34,635 nt of DNA from a virus (lineage: Duplodnaviria; Heunggongvirae; Uroviricota; Caudoviricetes). The notes under the pieces were generated by a model. The model did not search any database. It was not told the origin of the DNA and worked only from the letters and a program-made list of their open reading frames with translations. Shown piece after piece: positions 24,808 to 33,735 of the stretch. The stretch lies in IMG/VR virus record IMGVR_UViG_3300027754_000043; one strand, 5' to 3'. How positions within the stretch are numbered: the first letter of the stretch is position 1; each line of letters starts with the position of its first letter. The position numbers and the translations under genes were made by a program.

Positions 24808-25125
24808 TTAAAACCGTATTAAATCCCCATCTAACTGGCATCTTTGTATCTTCCAACCATCTCGCGATTCTCTATATATTGTATCAGCAACATATACAAT
24901 AGCCTTAGTTACAACACCAGCTTTAATTGTATATTGATAATTTGTATGTGGTAATATTGTTTCTCTGATTGTATCTTGTTTTTGTATTAATACAAACTTT
25001 GCTGTAACATTGGAATGATTATTAACCTCAAACAATCCGGTTCTATTTAATACACAACCATGTTGTTTTTTTATACAAGATGTTATTACTAGCAATGATC
25101 CTAGAATAATTGGTAATATTTTCAT
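24808..25125 (-). CDS. putative lipoprotein
   Basis: MKILPIILGSLLVITS-C lipobox. Confidence 0.7.
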   Translation of the reverse strand: MKILPIILGSLLVITSCIKKQHGCVLNRTGLFEVNNHSNVTAKFVLIQKQDTIRETILPHTNYQYTIKAGVVTKAIVYVADTIYRESRDGWKIQRCQLDGDLIRF

Positions 25126-25463
25126 ATATCTTCGTTTAATTTACCTAAATCATCTTTTAATCGTCTCATGAATGATTCTTCTCCATCATCGCCTGATAGC
25201 AACCAATCTACTCGTTGTGCATATACCTCAGCAATTCTCAATGCTCTTACTGCATTTTTAAATTCTTCAATCACTTCTGCTGGATATTCATAATGCTTTA
25301 AGTCCTCAGGATATTTTGTATACCAATCCGGATCTCGCCAACCAGCTTCATCTTTTAACTCAGAGTCGGTTTTCTCTCTACCGTTGTTAATAATTTCTTG
25401 CTCAATACTGTCAGCAATATTTCTAATCTGATATTGACTGTAATCAAATGCTCCTCCGCTCAT
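25122..25463 (-). CDS. hypothetical phage protein (MSGGAFDY...VDWLLSGDDGEE)
   Basis: 113-aa ORF behind a class II promoter. Confidence 0.8.
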   Translation of the reverse strand: MSGGAFDYSQYQIRNIADSIEQEIINNGREKTDSELKDEAGWRDPDWYTKYPEDLKHYEYPAEVIEEFKNAVRALRIAEVYAQRVDWLLSGDDGEESFMRRLKDDLGKLNEDI

Positions 25464-25545
25464 ATCTCTTATTTATTAATTACTTTTAATTTTTTACTAT
25501 AATATGAAAATAATAACAATAATCCAACCAACACACTAAATCTTT

Positions 25546-25935
25546 TTATCCGTTAATTTGTTGTTTTTTTAATTTACTTACTGCCTCAGTGGTAGCAATG
25601 TTAGACTCAATTCTATCAACATGTGCAATGATATATGAATTCAGTTTGTCAAAGTTAGAATCTACTTTCGATCTTAAATTTGATAATTCATTTTCCACAG
25701 TGTCTGATCTACTATTCATTACGCGGTGCAAAAGATTGTCTGATTCTTCCCATCCTCGTCGTTCCTCTTCGAATCTTCTATGAATGTGATCAATGCTTAA
25801 ATTGATTTGAGTTAATGAATCAGTTGCAGTTGTTTCAATTCTGTTTATTCTAGACATGATATTAAGTACAACAGGAACCGCAATCCCTACTAATACAAAT
25901 AACATCCCTAACATAAAAAATATAGCTATTTCCAT
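25546..25935 (-). CDS. membrane-anchored coiled-coil protein
   Basis: N-terminal TM helix and heptad-rich remainder. Confidence 0.7.
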   Translation of the reverse strand: MEIAIFFMLGMLFVLVGIAVPVVLNIMSRINRIETTATDSLTQINLSIDHIHRRFEEERRGWEESDNLLHRVMNSRSDTVENELSNLRSKVDSNFDKLNSYIIAHVDRIESNIATTEAVSKLKKQQING

Positions 25936-26043
25936 AATATTATCCTTTTAATTTATAATAATGAATTTAGCGTGCTGACCGGATTATTGTTATATTATTT
26001 TGTTGTTCGCATCCAATATGCAATAATTGCAATTGCGGATAAA

Positions 26044-26640
26044 CTAATTAGAGCTAGTACTATCATGTGTCGCGTCGTAAATTAGTTTAGTAATCTCATA
26101 CATTGATGGTGCACCGATGGTACCGAATTCTTTGAATATTTCTTCCATGTTATTTATTGGTTTAGATTCTTTTTGTGGTATGATGATTTTATACATCATC
26201 TTAAATGTTAGAGGAAATTCAACAAGTTTTTTATTCACCTCAACAAACTCACAAGAACTATTCTTTACAAACCATTCTAAGAACTCATCATAAATAGCTT
26301 GAACACCATCTGCAATTAGAGTTGGGTCTGTTGTTAGGATGATTTTTTTGTTCCTGTCTAAAGTTTGATAGGTTTTTTGAGTAAAACTTCCTTTACCATC
26401 TTTGGATTCTATGTGAAAACATAATTCTCCGTCAATAAATATGTTTTTACCTACACCAAATGGAGGGTAAAAACTATAATCTCTTTCTTTAATTTCTTCA
26501 TCAGAAGTGATGTAAATGTGTTGAGTGTTTCTTGTATGTGAATATTCTAATTCACATAATGCTAATCTCATTCCTTTTTCATCAGTCCAAAGATGCAACC
26601 TGCTTGGTTGGTCTGTTGAGATAATGTGTATGTTTTTCAT
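26044..26640 (-). CDS. hypothetical phage protein (MKNIH...PSRL, KKIILTTD)
   Basis: 198-aa ORF; its C-terminus duplicates the N-terminus of 23334..23510. Confidence 0.75.
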   Translation of the reverse strand: MKNIHIISTDQPSRLHLWTDEKGMRLALCELEYSHTRNTQHIYITSDEEIKERDYSFYPPFGVGKNIFIDGELCFHIESKDGKGSFTQKTYQTLDRNKKIILTTDPTLIADGVQAIYDEFLEWFVKNSSCEFVEVNKKLVEFPLTFKMMYKIIIPQKESKPINNMEEIFKEFGTIGAPSMYEITKLIYDATHDSTSSN

Positions 26641-26900
26641 ATTACTTCTTTTTTAAATGTATCGTTATAATATTTATCTCCGTACTCAATACCATCAGTA
26701 CCAAACATATCTTGGTGGCATTGTGCTGCAGCTTGGACTATGTCATCCTTCTCTAGTTCTAACATTGATTCACATTGGCCAGTAAGCCAAGTTAATGCTA
26801 ATTCATATCCGGCTGTATACTCTTCGGATTTATATAACTCAGGCAATATAGTTTGTCTATATTCAATTGCCTCTAGTAAATGTTGAATTGCTGTTTTCAT
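26637..26900 (-). CDS. hypothetical protein, related to 24504..24716
   Basis: Start reassigned to ATG 26900 (MKTAIQ); LEKDDIVQA...YYNDTFK. Confidence 0.7.
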   Translation of the reverse strand: MKTAIQHLLEAIEYRQTILPELYKSEEYTAGYELALTWLTGQCESMLELEKDDIVQAAAQCHQDMFGTDGIEYGDKYYNDTFKKEVI

Positions 26901-26901
26901 C

Positions 26902-27087
26902 TTATTTAGTATTAAAATATTTAGCATATACCGATCCATCTCTGATATCCTTTGTTGGTGGAGTTATCTTTTTCATTAACTCTGCATACCGTTGTTGTAT
27001 CGGTATCGGTGTGGATTCTGTTTTTTGATATGGTGGATGTTCGCGCCGTTCATTATCAAAATTCTTATTTGGTTGGATCGCTCCCAT
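26902..27087 (-). CDS. hypothetical protein
   Basis: 61-aa ORF with coupled start and stop. Confidence 0.6.
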   Translation of the reverse strand: MGAIQPNKNFDNERREHPPYQKTESTPIPIQQRYAELMKKITPPTKDIRDGSVYAKYFNTK

Positions 27088-27326
27088 TATGCTTTGTCTA
27101 ATTCCTTAACCAATTTGCGCAATGCTTTGAGTTGGCCATATGTTATATAAAACGTCTGTTGCTGGTTTGATGCATTAATGCATACATCATATCCTCCTCC
27201 ATTTGTCCATTCTGTAACTTCTATGAAGTCATGACTGCCAATATTGGAAAATATACAATGCACTGATAACTCAGTAAATGCTGACTTACGTGTATTGATT
27301 TGTATATTTGCAGATGTTGTTTTCAT
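27087..27326 (-). CDS. hypothetical phage protein (FIEVTEWTNGGGYD)
   Basis: 79-aa ORF. Confidence 0.75.
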   Translation of the reverse strand: MKTTSANIQINTRKSAFTELSVHCIFSNIGSHDFIEVTEWTNGGGYDVCINASNQQQTFYITYGQLKALRKLVKELDKA

Positions 27327-27544
27327 AATTCACTTAAAAATTCGTCTGCAACTGTTTCGAATGACCAATTGTGATCCTCTATCAAATCTAATTCTGACAT
27401 AAAGCATTGAAACTCTATCAATTTGCTTCTCATTATCTTGTTAATTTTAGCCTCGAGGTAGCTGGTTAATAGAATGCCAACCGGATTATTTTCTTGACCC
27501 AATGACTTTAAAATGTCATTTTTCATTTGTTCTATGTCTTCCAT
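27323..27544 (-). CDS. hypothetical protein
   Basis: 73-aa ORF. Confidence 0.7.
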   Translation of the reverse strand: MEDIEQMKNDILKSLGQENNPVGILLTSYLEAKINKIMRSKLIEFQCFMSELDLIEDHNWSFETVADEFLSEL

Positions 27545-27546
27545 AA

Positions 27547-27798
27547 CTATTTATTTTTAATTACATAATAACCATATTTATATGGCTGTGATCCATAATC
27601 TATCTGTCCCATCTCTACAAAATCTTCTCCATCTTCTGTTTCGTGTACTGCTACAACATGATACTCTGCTGGGTCAAATTCTTGTACTTTACTAATCTCT
27701 TCTGGATGAAGAAATAAGTAATCTCCATACTCTGCACTGTCTTCTTGTGCTACTACTAAACCGCTACCATATTCTGCGAAAAATTCTGCTTTATTCAT
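27547..27798 (-). CDS. hypothetical acidic protein
   Basis: Start reassigned to ATG 27798 (MNKAEF), AAGAGATATG context, class II promoter upstream. Confidence 0.7.
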   Translation of the reverse strand: MNKAEFFAEYGSGLVVAQEDSAEYGDYLFLHPEEISKVQEFDPAEYHVVAVHETEDGEDFVEMGQIDYGSQPYKYGYYVIKNK

Positions 27799-27856
27799 AT
27801 CTCTTAATTTTCTATATAATATAAAATAGAATCCACAGATCCAACCAATTGGACAC

Positions 27857-27880
27857 AAAAAAAGCCGACCTTAGTCGACT
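27857..27880 (-). terminator. intrinsic terminator
   Basis: Minus AGTCGACT-A-AGGTCGGC hairpin followed by T7, right after the glucosaminidase stop. Confidence 0.65.
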
Positions 27881-28313
27881 AACTTAATTCATTGCTTTTA
27901 ATAATTGCTAATATTTTATGCCGCCATGCTGTTGCATTTTGAGCATAACCTGCATTAGAGATTGCTAAGATCCATTGATGTGTATCATCGGTACCTGCCA
28001 ACTTTCTATAAAATGATTTATTGCAAATTAGTTTACAAAATCCTTCATATGATGCTGTATCACTTTTAAAATATCGATACCTGGACCTGTAATGTGGATT
28101 CTTTCCTACAATACCAAAGTGGTTGTTTGATTTTCTGGCTAACATGCTCTTACCGGCTCCTGATTCATAATAAGCAATTGCTAACATTACTGAACTAGGT
28201 ATTTGGTATATTGTTTCTAAACTATCAGCTAACAACTGATACTTGTTAAAATATGTTTGTGATATTAATGTAGTAAATGCAACACAACATATACTTGTTA
28301 TAATTAATTTCAA
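27879..28313 (-). CDS. GH73/FlgJ-like glucosaminidase with signal peptide
   Basis: IPSSVMLAIAYYESGAGKSMLARKSNNHFGI and GYA motifs; hydrophobic N-terminus. Confidence 0.85.
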   Translation of the reverse strand: MKLIITSICCVAFTTLISQTYFNKYQLLADSLETIYQIPSSVMLAIAYYESGAGKSMLARKSNNHFGIVGKNPHYRSRYRYFKSDTASYEGFCKLICNKSFYRKLAGTDDTHQWILAISNAGYAQNATAWRHKILAIIKSNELS

Positions 28314-28323
28314 ATTCTATCTC

Positions 28324-28587
28324 CTAATTGTTCCTTAAATATTCATGCATGACACATATTGCACTATAAAATGTACCAAAGGCCCATGCAAATATAGTGT
28401 CAAATGGCATTGCAATTGCAATGGTTAATATTGTATTTGAGATTGCTGTTAAGCATCCTAACATATACAACCAAAAAACATATGTAAATTTACTTTTTGG
28501 TTTGGTAGTTATTTCTGGCAGATATGGATTCCTGTCCCCAGTCCATGGATCATATTCTGGCATTTTATTGTTTGGAAATTTTTCCAT
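28324..28587 (-). CDS. small membrane protein
   Basis: YDPWTGDRNPY followed by two TM segments; start reassigned to 28587. Confidence 0.6.
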   Translation of the reverse strand: MEKFPNNKMPEYDPWTGDRNPYLPEITTKPKSKFTYVFWLYMLGCLTAISNTILTIAIAMPFDTIFAWAFGTFYSAICVMHEYLRNN

Positions 28588-28592
28588 GTTTA

Positions 28593-28979
28593 TTATTTTA
28601 AAAGTTTTTCGGTTATTTCTTTCCATTCAAAGTATTCTACATTAACTCCGACACATGGATCCTTAGATATTTTAATGTCAAGCAGTTCCTCAATATCATC
28701 ATCAATGTGAATTGTAAACGCTTTGCCTTTAAGGAATTCTATTTTAGGTTGATGTGAAGTAAACACAATACGATCTGCATTGATACCTACTCGTTCAGCA
28801 ACTTCAAACAATTGGTTATTCTGACGTTCAACCCAATGATGGCCACGTTGCAATGCTGACTCGGTATCTTGTCGGGATGTTACCAACCAAACTTCATGGC
28901 CGGCATCGATGCATTGCTTAGCAAACTCTTGTACATCTGGTCTTGTCAGTGTACTATCAAAATCAAAACTTATTTTCAT
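28593..28979 (-). CDS. HAD-superfamily hydrolase
   Basis: Motif I ISFDFDSTL, motif II VTSR, motif III K, motif IV HIDDD; start reassigned to MKISF. Confidence 0.85.
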   Translation of the reverse strand: MKISFDFDSTLTRPDVQEFAKQCIDAGHEVWLVTSRQDTESALQRGHHWVERQNNQLFEVAERVGINADRIVFTSHQPKIEFLKGKAFTIHIDDDIEELLDIKISKDPCVGVNVEYFEWKEITEKLLK

Positions 28980-29081
28980 GTTACATGTTATCATTATATG
29001 GATAATCATCTACAATATGACGCTTAACAAAACGTTTCCAGGCATCTCGCAATGCAATGATTAATCTTGTTATGGTATCCA

Positions 29082-29240
29082 TTAGTCTAAATAAATATCG
29101 TGAAACACAATACAATATGCATCTAGTGCGATGCCTTGCTGGATAATGGATTCTCGGATCATCGGATCTTTAATATTCTCTAACGATGCAATGATTAAGT
29201 TTGCATATATCTGTGCAACAAAACGGATTACTGTTTTCAT
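29082..29240 (-). CDS. small hypothetical protein (52 aa, not in ORF track)
   Basis: MKTVIRFVAQIYANLIIASLENIKDPMIRESIIQQGIALDAYCIVFHDIYLD with AAGAGATATG context. Confidence 0.6.
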   Translation of the reverse strand: MKTVIRFVAQIYANLIIASLENIKDPMIRESIIQQGIALDAYCIVFHDIYLD

Positions 29241-29246
29241 ATCTCT

Positions 29247-29543
29247 TTATTTTTTAAGTGGACAATTGTTATCTGCCTTCAACTCATTCAATGTGATACC
29301 GCAACGGCAACTATGTGTTCTGAAATTGTAATGACACAACTTTTTCTCTTTGCCTAACTCATTTACATGTAGCAATGCATTCTTTGCAAACATGAAATCT
29401 TTGTGATCGATAGATTCACCTGACGGATCAACTGATTGCTGAATTTTTAATTTTGACACATATGGTTGTTCCTTTTTGCATAACAATCCTGATTTTCTTA
29501 AAAATAAAAAAACATGTGTCAATAAAGATTTTTTACGTTTCAT
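29247..29543 (-). CDS. hypothetical protein with Cys/His-rich C-terminus
   Basis: 98-aa ORF behind a class II promoter. Confidence 0.65.
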   Translation of the reverse strand: MKRKKSLLTHVFLFLRKSGLLCKKEQPYVSKLKIQQSVDPSGESIDHKDFMFAKNALLHVNELGKEKKLCHYNFRTHSCRCGITLNELKADNNCPLKK

Positions 29544-29741
29544 ACTCTTATTTTTTATTATAATAAGAAATTAATGGCAGTTATCCAACCTTCTTTAGCT
29601 TATTCTTCCGCTTTTTTCTGTGTTTTCCGAACTTATTAACCGACTTCAATGCTTCGTAATACAATTTTATCATGTAATATAATAATAGTATATTCGCGAT
29701 AAAAACTATTGCTGTAATCGCTGCTAATTCAATCGATGTAT

Positions 29742-30344
29742 TTAGTCCCACCATCCTTCTATATGTCTTTCCATTATTTTAAATGTCAATTTACGACATC
29801 TGTATTGATTTTCGTGTGCAATCTCCATTGCAATTAATTGTTTATCCTTTTCTTCCCCACTTCGATCAAATCTATTAAGCTCACCAGATAATACTCTTTT
29901 ATATTGAATTGGGTACTTTTTAAAGTATTCATCAAAATTTTCAGAGATTAGTTCAATCTCTAATCTTTTAGAATCTTTATATTCCTCAGGGATATCATCA
30001 TCTTCCGGGATGGCTAACCAATTCCATTCGCTTTCATGGTAATCCATATACTCCATATCATAATAATCATCTTGACATCGTTGGATTAAACGAGAAGTTA
30101 ATCTCATTCGTTCAGCATCTCGTTTAGCACTATTATGTCTATCATGGTCACCAATGTATTTTGCTTGGTGTTCTAATTTAACTTTAATGATTTCATATAT
30201 GAAATTAGCATCCCAATCTCTGTCTTTCCATATAGTAGGAAACCATTTCCATAAATTTTTAATACCTTCGATGAAATCTTTGTGATAATACCTACCTTCA
30301 AATTTCCACCACAATCTAATGTTTAATATGTTTTTCATTGCCAT
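29742..30344 (-). CDS. hypothetical phage protein (WFPTIWKDRDWD...GWWD)
   Basis: 200-aa ORF with a Trp-rich signature common in large phages. Confidence 0.8.
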   Translation of the reverse strand: MAMKNILNIRLWWKFEGRYYHKDFIEGIKNLWKWFPTIWKDRDWDANFIYEIIKVKLEHQAKYIGDHDRHNSAKRDAERMRLTSRLIQRCQDDYYDMEYMDYHESEWNWLAIPEDDDIPEEYKDSKRLEIELISENFDEYFKKYPIQYKRVLSGELNRFDRSGEEKDKQLIAMEIAHENQYRCRKLTFKIMERHIEGWWD

Positions 30345-30534
30345 TGTTATATAGTTCTATCATTGCATCATAATCTTCTCTATTGATTGCGATACATACA
30401 TCATCAATTGTTACAAACACATCTGTTGCAAACTCCCTTATTATATTTAACTTTGAAGGATCCACCTGTATTGTCATGTACACCGATTCATTTGCAAACC
30501 GAGCTCGTACTGGATATTTTTTATAATTCATCAT
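30316..30534 (-). CDS. hypothetical protein
   Basis: 72-aa ORF. Confidence 0.6.
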   Translation of the reverse strand: MMNYKKYPVRARFANESVYMTIQVDPSKLNIIREFATDVFVTIDDVCIAINREDYDAMIELYNNGNEKHIKH

Positions 30535-30895
30535 GATTATATAAAGTATATGTTGAATTTTTTGTTTTAAATTTTAATTCCGAATCTGTTTTCTCAACAA
30601 TCTCAACAATTTCAGTGGTCAACCATTCATATGATGCTTGTCCTAGGATTGAATATGGACCAAACATACAAGAAAAATCTACTGCTGGTTCATCATGTAA
30701 TTGTTTAGCTCTACTAGTTTCACGATCCCATTCAACCCATTTAACTAAATTAGAATAGTGAGTTGAATTGTCATGTTCGCGTACCAATGAGTATTTGAAT
30801 ACATGAGTACTATCACATACATTGCATACATTGTCATTCAATTTCTCGCGACATTCTGTTTTAGCGTCGCAACTTCTACAATATCTTGTTACCAT
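30521..30895 (-). CDS. hypothetical protein with N-terminal Zn ribbon
   Basis: CRSC...CNVC, then a FKTKNSTYTL domain. Confidence 0.75.
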   Translation of the reverse strand: MVTRYCRSCDAKTECREKLNDNVCNVCDSTHVFKYSLVREHDNSTHYSNLVKWVEWDRETSRAKQLHDEPAVDFSCMFGPYSILGQASYEWLTTEIVEIVEKTDSELKFKTKNSTYTLYNHDEL

Positions 30896-30897
30896 AT

Positions 30898-31143
30898 TTA
30901 ATCTAATATTAAACCATAAGTACTCAGTGCCTCTCGTAATAGTTCACGATATCTTTCAGCTAAATCATGCTCTAACGCAGATGCTTCATCTTTCAGTGAT
31001 AATGCCGATTGACCATATTTAGTTGTTTTTCGCAATTCTTGATCTAGATCCCACATTGCTAGTTTCCATTTATAACCATCTAATGCTGACTTGATGTCAT
31101 CTTGCTCTTCGACTGAATCGAACTCTAATATAACTTTTCCCAT
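30898..31143 (-). CDS. hypothetical phage protein
   Basis: 81-aa ORF (ALDGYKWKLAMWDLDQELR). Confidence 0.75.
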   Translation of the reverse strand: MGKVILEFDSVEEQDDIKSALDGYKWKLAMWDLDQELRKTTKYGQSALSLKDEASALEHDLAERYRELLREALSTYGLILD

Positions 31144-31144
31144 A

Positions 31145-31849
31145 CTATATAAAATTTATTTCGTTTGTAATTGGATCCCACTCAAAGTGCCACATATTTT
31201 GTTCATATTCATATTGTTCATTTAACACAGATGCATTGAAGAAATGTGTTGTTCCATCAAAGTAATATCCATGTCCGGAATGAATATGACCACATACATG
31301 AATCTTAGGTTTAACCACTGCAATTCTATCTGTTAACAATTCACAACCTAAATGAACACCTCTTCTATTGTATACTTCATCTACCATGCCCCATGCAGGA
31401 CCATGTGTAAGCAATATGTCGGTATTGGTTGGTATTGCATCCCATTTTGATTTTAACACATCACCATTTCTTGGTAAATTAAACGCCCAATCATAGAACT
31501 CAGGTTGCCATGGTGAACCATATATTCTGATATTGTTTTCTGGTAGGTCTCCATTAGGCCCATCTCTATACAACACTAATTCAGTATCTTCTAGGTAATC
31601 GATCAATTTATATCCGGTTAGAATACCTTGCATTTCGTCAGGTTCATTCTGCATTATACGATCATGGTTGCCGGCTATGAACACAATATCATCATAGTCA
31701 TGACCTTGCATCCATTTAAAAAAGTCTTCTGCTTGTGTTTTACTATAACCAGATGTCATAAAGTCACCAGTATGAATTAATAAATCACCACCAGGTAATA
31801 TTACAGATCGGTGTTGGCCGTGGGTATCACTAATTAATGTAACTAACAT
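31145..31849 (-). CDS. calcineurin-like metallophosphoesterase (MPPED/239FB-like)
   Basis: SDTH, HTGD, AGNHD, THGP and GHIH motifs. Confidence 0.95.
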   Translation of the reverse strand: MLVTLISDTHGQHRSVILPGGDLLIHTGDFMTSGYSKTQAEDFFKWMQGHDYDDIVFIAGNHDRIMQNEPDEMQGILTGYKLIDYLEDTELVLYRDGPNGDLPENNIRIYGSPWQPEFYDWAFNLPRNGDVLKSKWDAIPTNTDILLTHGPAWGMVDEVYNRRGVHLGCELLTDRIAVVKPKIHVCGHIHSGHGYYFDGTTHFFNASVLNEQYEYEQNMWHFEWDPITNEINFI

Positions 31850-31885
31850 ATTGAATTTCTTTTATTATATAATATATAAAAACAT

Positions 31886-31910
31886 AAAAAAACCCAACCA
31901 AAGTTGGGCT
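31886..31910 (-). terminator. intrinsic terminator overlapping the next class II promoter
   Basis: Minus AGCCCAAC-TTTG-GTTGGGTT followed by T-tract. Confidence 0.75.
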
Positions 31911-31924
31911 TAATATTATCGAGT

Positions 31925-32236
31925 TGCTGGAGTAATAAATAATATAGACTAAATCCAAAATAAAATCTAAATCAAAGACCCCTCCTTACTACAAAGGCAA
32001 AGTTAATAACTAAGTCTAGAGTTGTTAGCCAATTATCTATTTAAAGCAACCTGTCTAACCGTTGAGTTCTATCTCAGTTTTTTAATTTGTAAAGAGGGCG
32101 GAAGTTACAATTCATTGCGAATTGAGGTATGATCTTAATCAAAGATTTGCTGTCTTGTATAATATTTTTCATATGAAAATATCTATTACTCCAACATTAA
32201 AATAGTCAGCTTCCACTTTTGTTTCTACTGACTATT
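31925..32236 (-). ncRNA. candidate structured RNA downstream of the 303-aa gene
   Basis: 16-bp closing stem 32181-32196/31925-31940 and 10-bp inner stem 32089-32098/31980-31989; the G-U pairs work only on the minus strand; several hairpins. Confidence 0.7.
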
Positions 32237-32245
32237 AACTCAATG

Positions 32246-33157
32246 TTAATTTGTTGTTTGCATGAACTGGTCAACAACTGATTGGAACCTTGCTGGAACT
32301 TCAATTTTTAAATTAATGATGTTCTCAATCTCTTTTAGTCTAGCTTCTTCCCAAACCAAATGAGCTTCTTTGTATGCGTTATTCCATTCACGTAATGCCT
32401 TTTCGTGTGCATCTAATATGGTTTGGTTGTATTCATTACACTGAGCTTGCTCATCTCCGTTAACCTTAGCACGGCGTGCATTTTCTGCTGTAACCGCATT
32501 CTTAATCTTAGATTTAAAATAGTTAACACGTTGCTCGTATTTACGATGCAATGCAGACAATTCTTCATGCAACTCTGATAAATACTCCGGAGTATGATGA
32601 GGCGTAACAACTACTGGAGATTTCTTCCCTACCTCTAACTCAATCCATTCCAATGTTTTGATATTAGGTAACTCAGATCTCAAACGATCCAATATTCCAT
32701 TTTTGTGAATGAATTGTCCAATGTGAGCAGCAAAAGCTTCTGCCTCAATAAACTCATTGTACTCAGCAACAGATAACTGATCCCAGGCCCATTCCTCATT
32801 TACATTGTATTCTGAAACAGGAGTTTTAAGTCCACCTCGTAATGGTCTTTCAATCTCATATTCAAAGTCTGCTTCCTTTTGTGTTTGGATCAATAGATCC
32901 TTAGCTTTAATGTTTTCCATTAAAAATGCTTGAGCTGCATGCAAACGAGATTTCTCTAACAACAATTCAACTACATTGCTAGGTAATGGATTACCTACGG
33001 TCTCAACATAATCAGTATCACCGTACTTAACTGTTTTTTGGATATTGTTAACTACTGATAACTTGTTTTGAATGTCTCGGCTTCTTTGATTGCAAAGGTT
33101 GCTAATTGATTGTGCCTGACTTAAAGATAATCCGTTTTTCGCTAATGAGTTTTTCAT
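32246..33157 (-). CDS. conserved hypothetical helical/coiled-coil phage protein
   Basis: 303 aa; GLSLSQAQSISNLCNQ and EAFAAHIGQFIH motifs; class II promoter at 33226. Confidence 0.8.
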   Translation of the reverse strand: MKNSLAKNGLSLSQAQSISNLCNQRSRDIQNKLSVVNNIQKTVKYGDTDYVETVGNPLPSNVVELLLEKSRLHAAQAFLMENIKAKDLLIQTQKEADFEYEIERPLRGGLKTPVSEYNVNEEWAWDQLSVAEYNEFIEAEAFAAHIGQFIHKNGILDRLRSELPNIKTLEWIELEVGKKSPVVVTPHHTPEYLSELHEELSALHRKYEQRVNYFKSKIKNAVTAENARRAKVNGDEQAQCNEYNQTILDAHEKALREWNNAYKEAHLVWEEARLKEIENIINLKIEVPARFQSVVDQFMQTTN

Positions 33158-33249
33158 ACTTTTTATTTTTTACGTTAATTTTTTAAATTTTTATATTAAT
33201 AATATGTGAAAATAACATATACTATCCAACCTTTATTTTATATATTTTG

Positions 33250-33323
33250 TGGCCCATCCAGGACTTGAACCTGGGACTTTCGCATTATGAGTGCGCTACT
33301 CTAACCAACTGAGTTAAAGGACC
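33250..33323 (-). tRNA. tRNA-Ile2(CAT) (lysidine type; Met not excluded)
   Basis: Cloverleaf GGTCCTT...CTCATAA...ATGGGCCA resembling ileX-type tRNAs. Confidence 0.85.
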
Positions 33324-33384
33324 TTCTAGTTTTTAAAACCCATCTATATTCGAGGTAAGGAAACTCCACTTATTGTTTTTTGCG

Positions 33385-33514
33385 TAGCCAGGACAGGATT
33401 CGAACCTGTATTCTTGTTACAATCTTTCGACCAAGATTTGCCTATACACACATGATGTATAATGCAGCGTCTACCAACGAGCGAGGACACCCCACTCCAT
33501 TCCGCCACCTGACT
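33385..33514 (-). ncRNA. tRNA-like RNA, copy 2 (130 nt; D-loop hairpin insert, no canonical anticodon arm)
   Basis: Same AGTCAGGTGGCGGAAT...TGGTAGACGCT...TACAGGTTCGAATCCTGTCCTGRCTA scaffold as 17732..17861. Confidence 0.8.
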
Positions 33515-33569
33515 CGGACTCGAACCGTTGAAAACACACACCTTGCAGTGCCAACAAAACCATGACCCC
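33515..33569 (-). pseudogene. degenerate, 3'-truncated tRNA remnant (possibly Cys, GCA)
   Basis: GGGGTCATGG...CTGCAAG...CGG-TTCGAGT-CCG running directly into the tRNA-like RNA. Confidence 0.4.
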
Positions 33570-33587
33570 AGAGTTGTTATTGTCGAG

Positions 33588-33658
33588 TAGCGGAGCGTGG
33601 AATCGAACCACTCCTTTGGGTTATGAGCCCATTATGCAACCAGATACACCATACCGCT
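33588..33658 (-). tRNA. degenerate tRNA-Met(CAT), initiator-like
   Basis: GGG-CTCATAA-CCC anticodon arm; mismatches in the acceptor and T stems. Confidence 0.6.
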
Positions 33659-33663
33659 ATATG

Positions 33664-33735
33664 AATTACCCATAGGACTCGAACCTACATTCTCCGGCTG
33701 TGACAGCCGACGCATTGATTTATGCTATAAGTAAT
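33664..33735 (-). tRNA. atypical/pseudo tRNA (Asp-derived CTGTCAC loop, TCA at the stem apex)
   Basis: Acceptor ATTACTT/GGGTAAT, D stem GCAT/ATGC without GG, T arm GTAGG-TTCGAGT-CCTAT. Confidence 0.5.
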
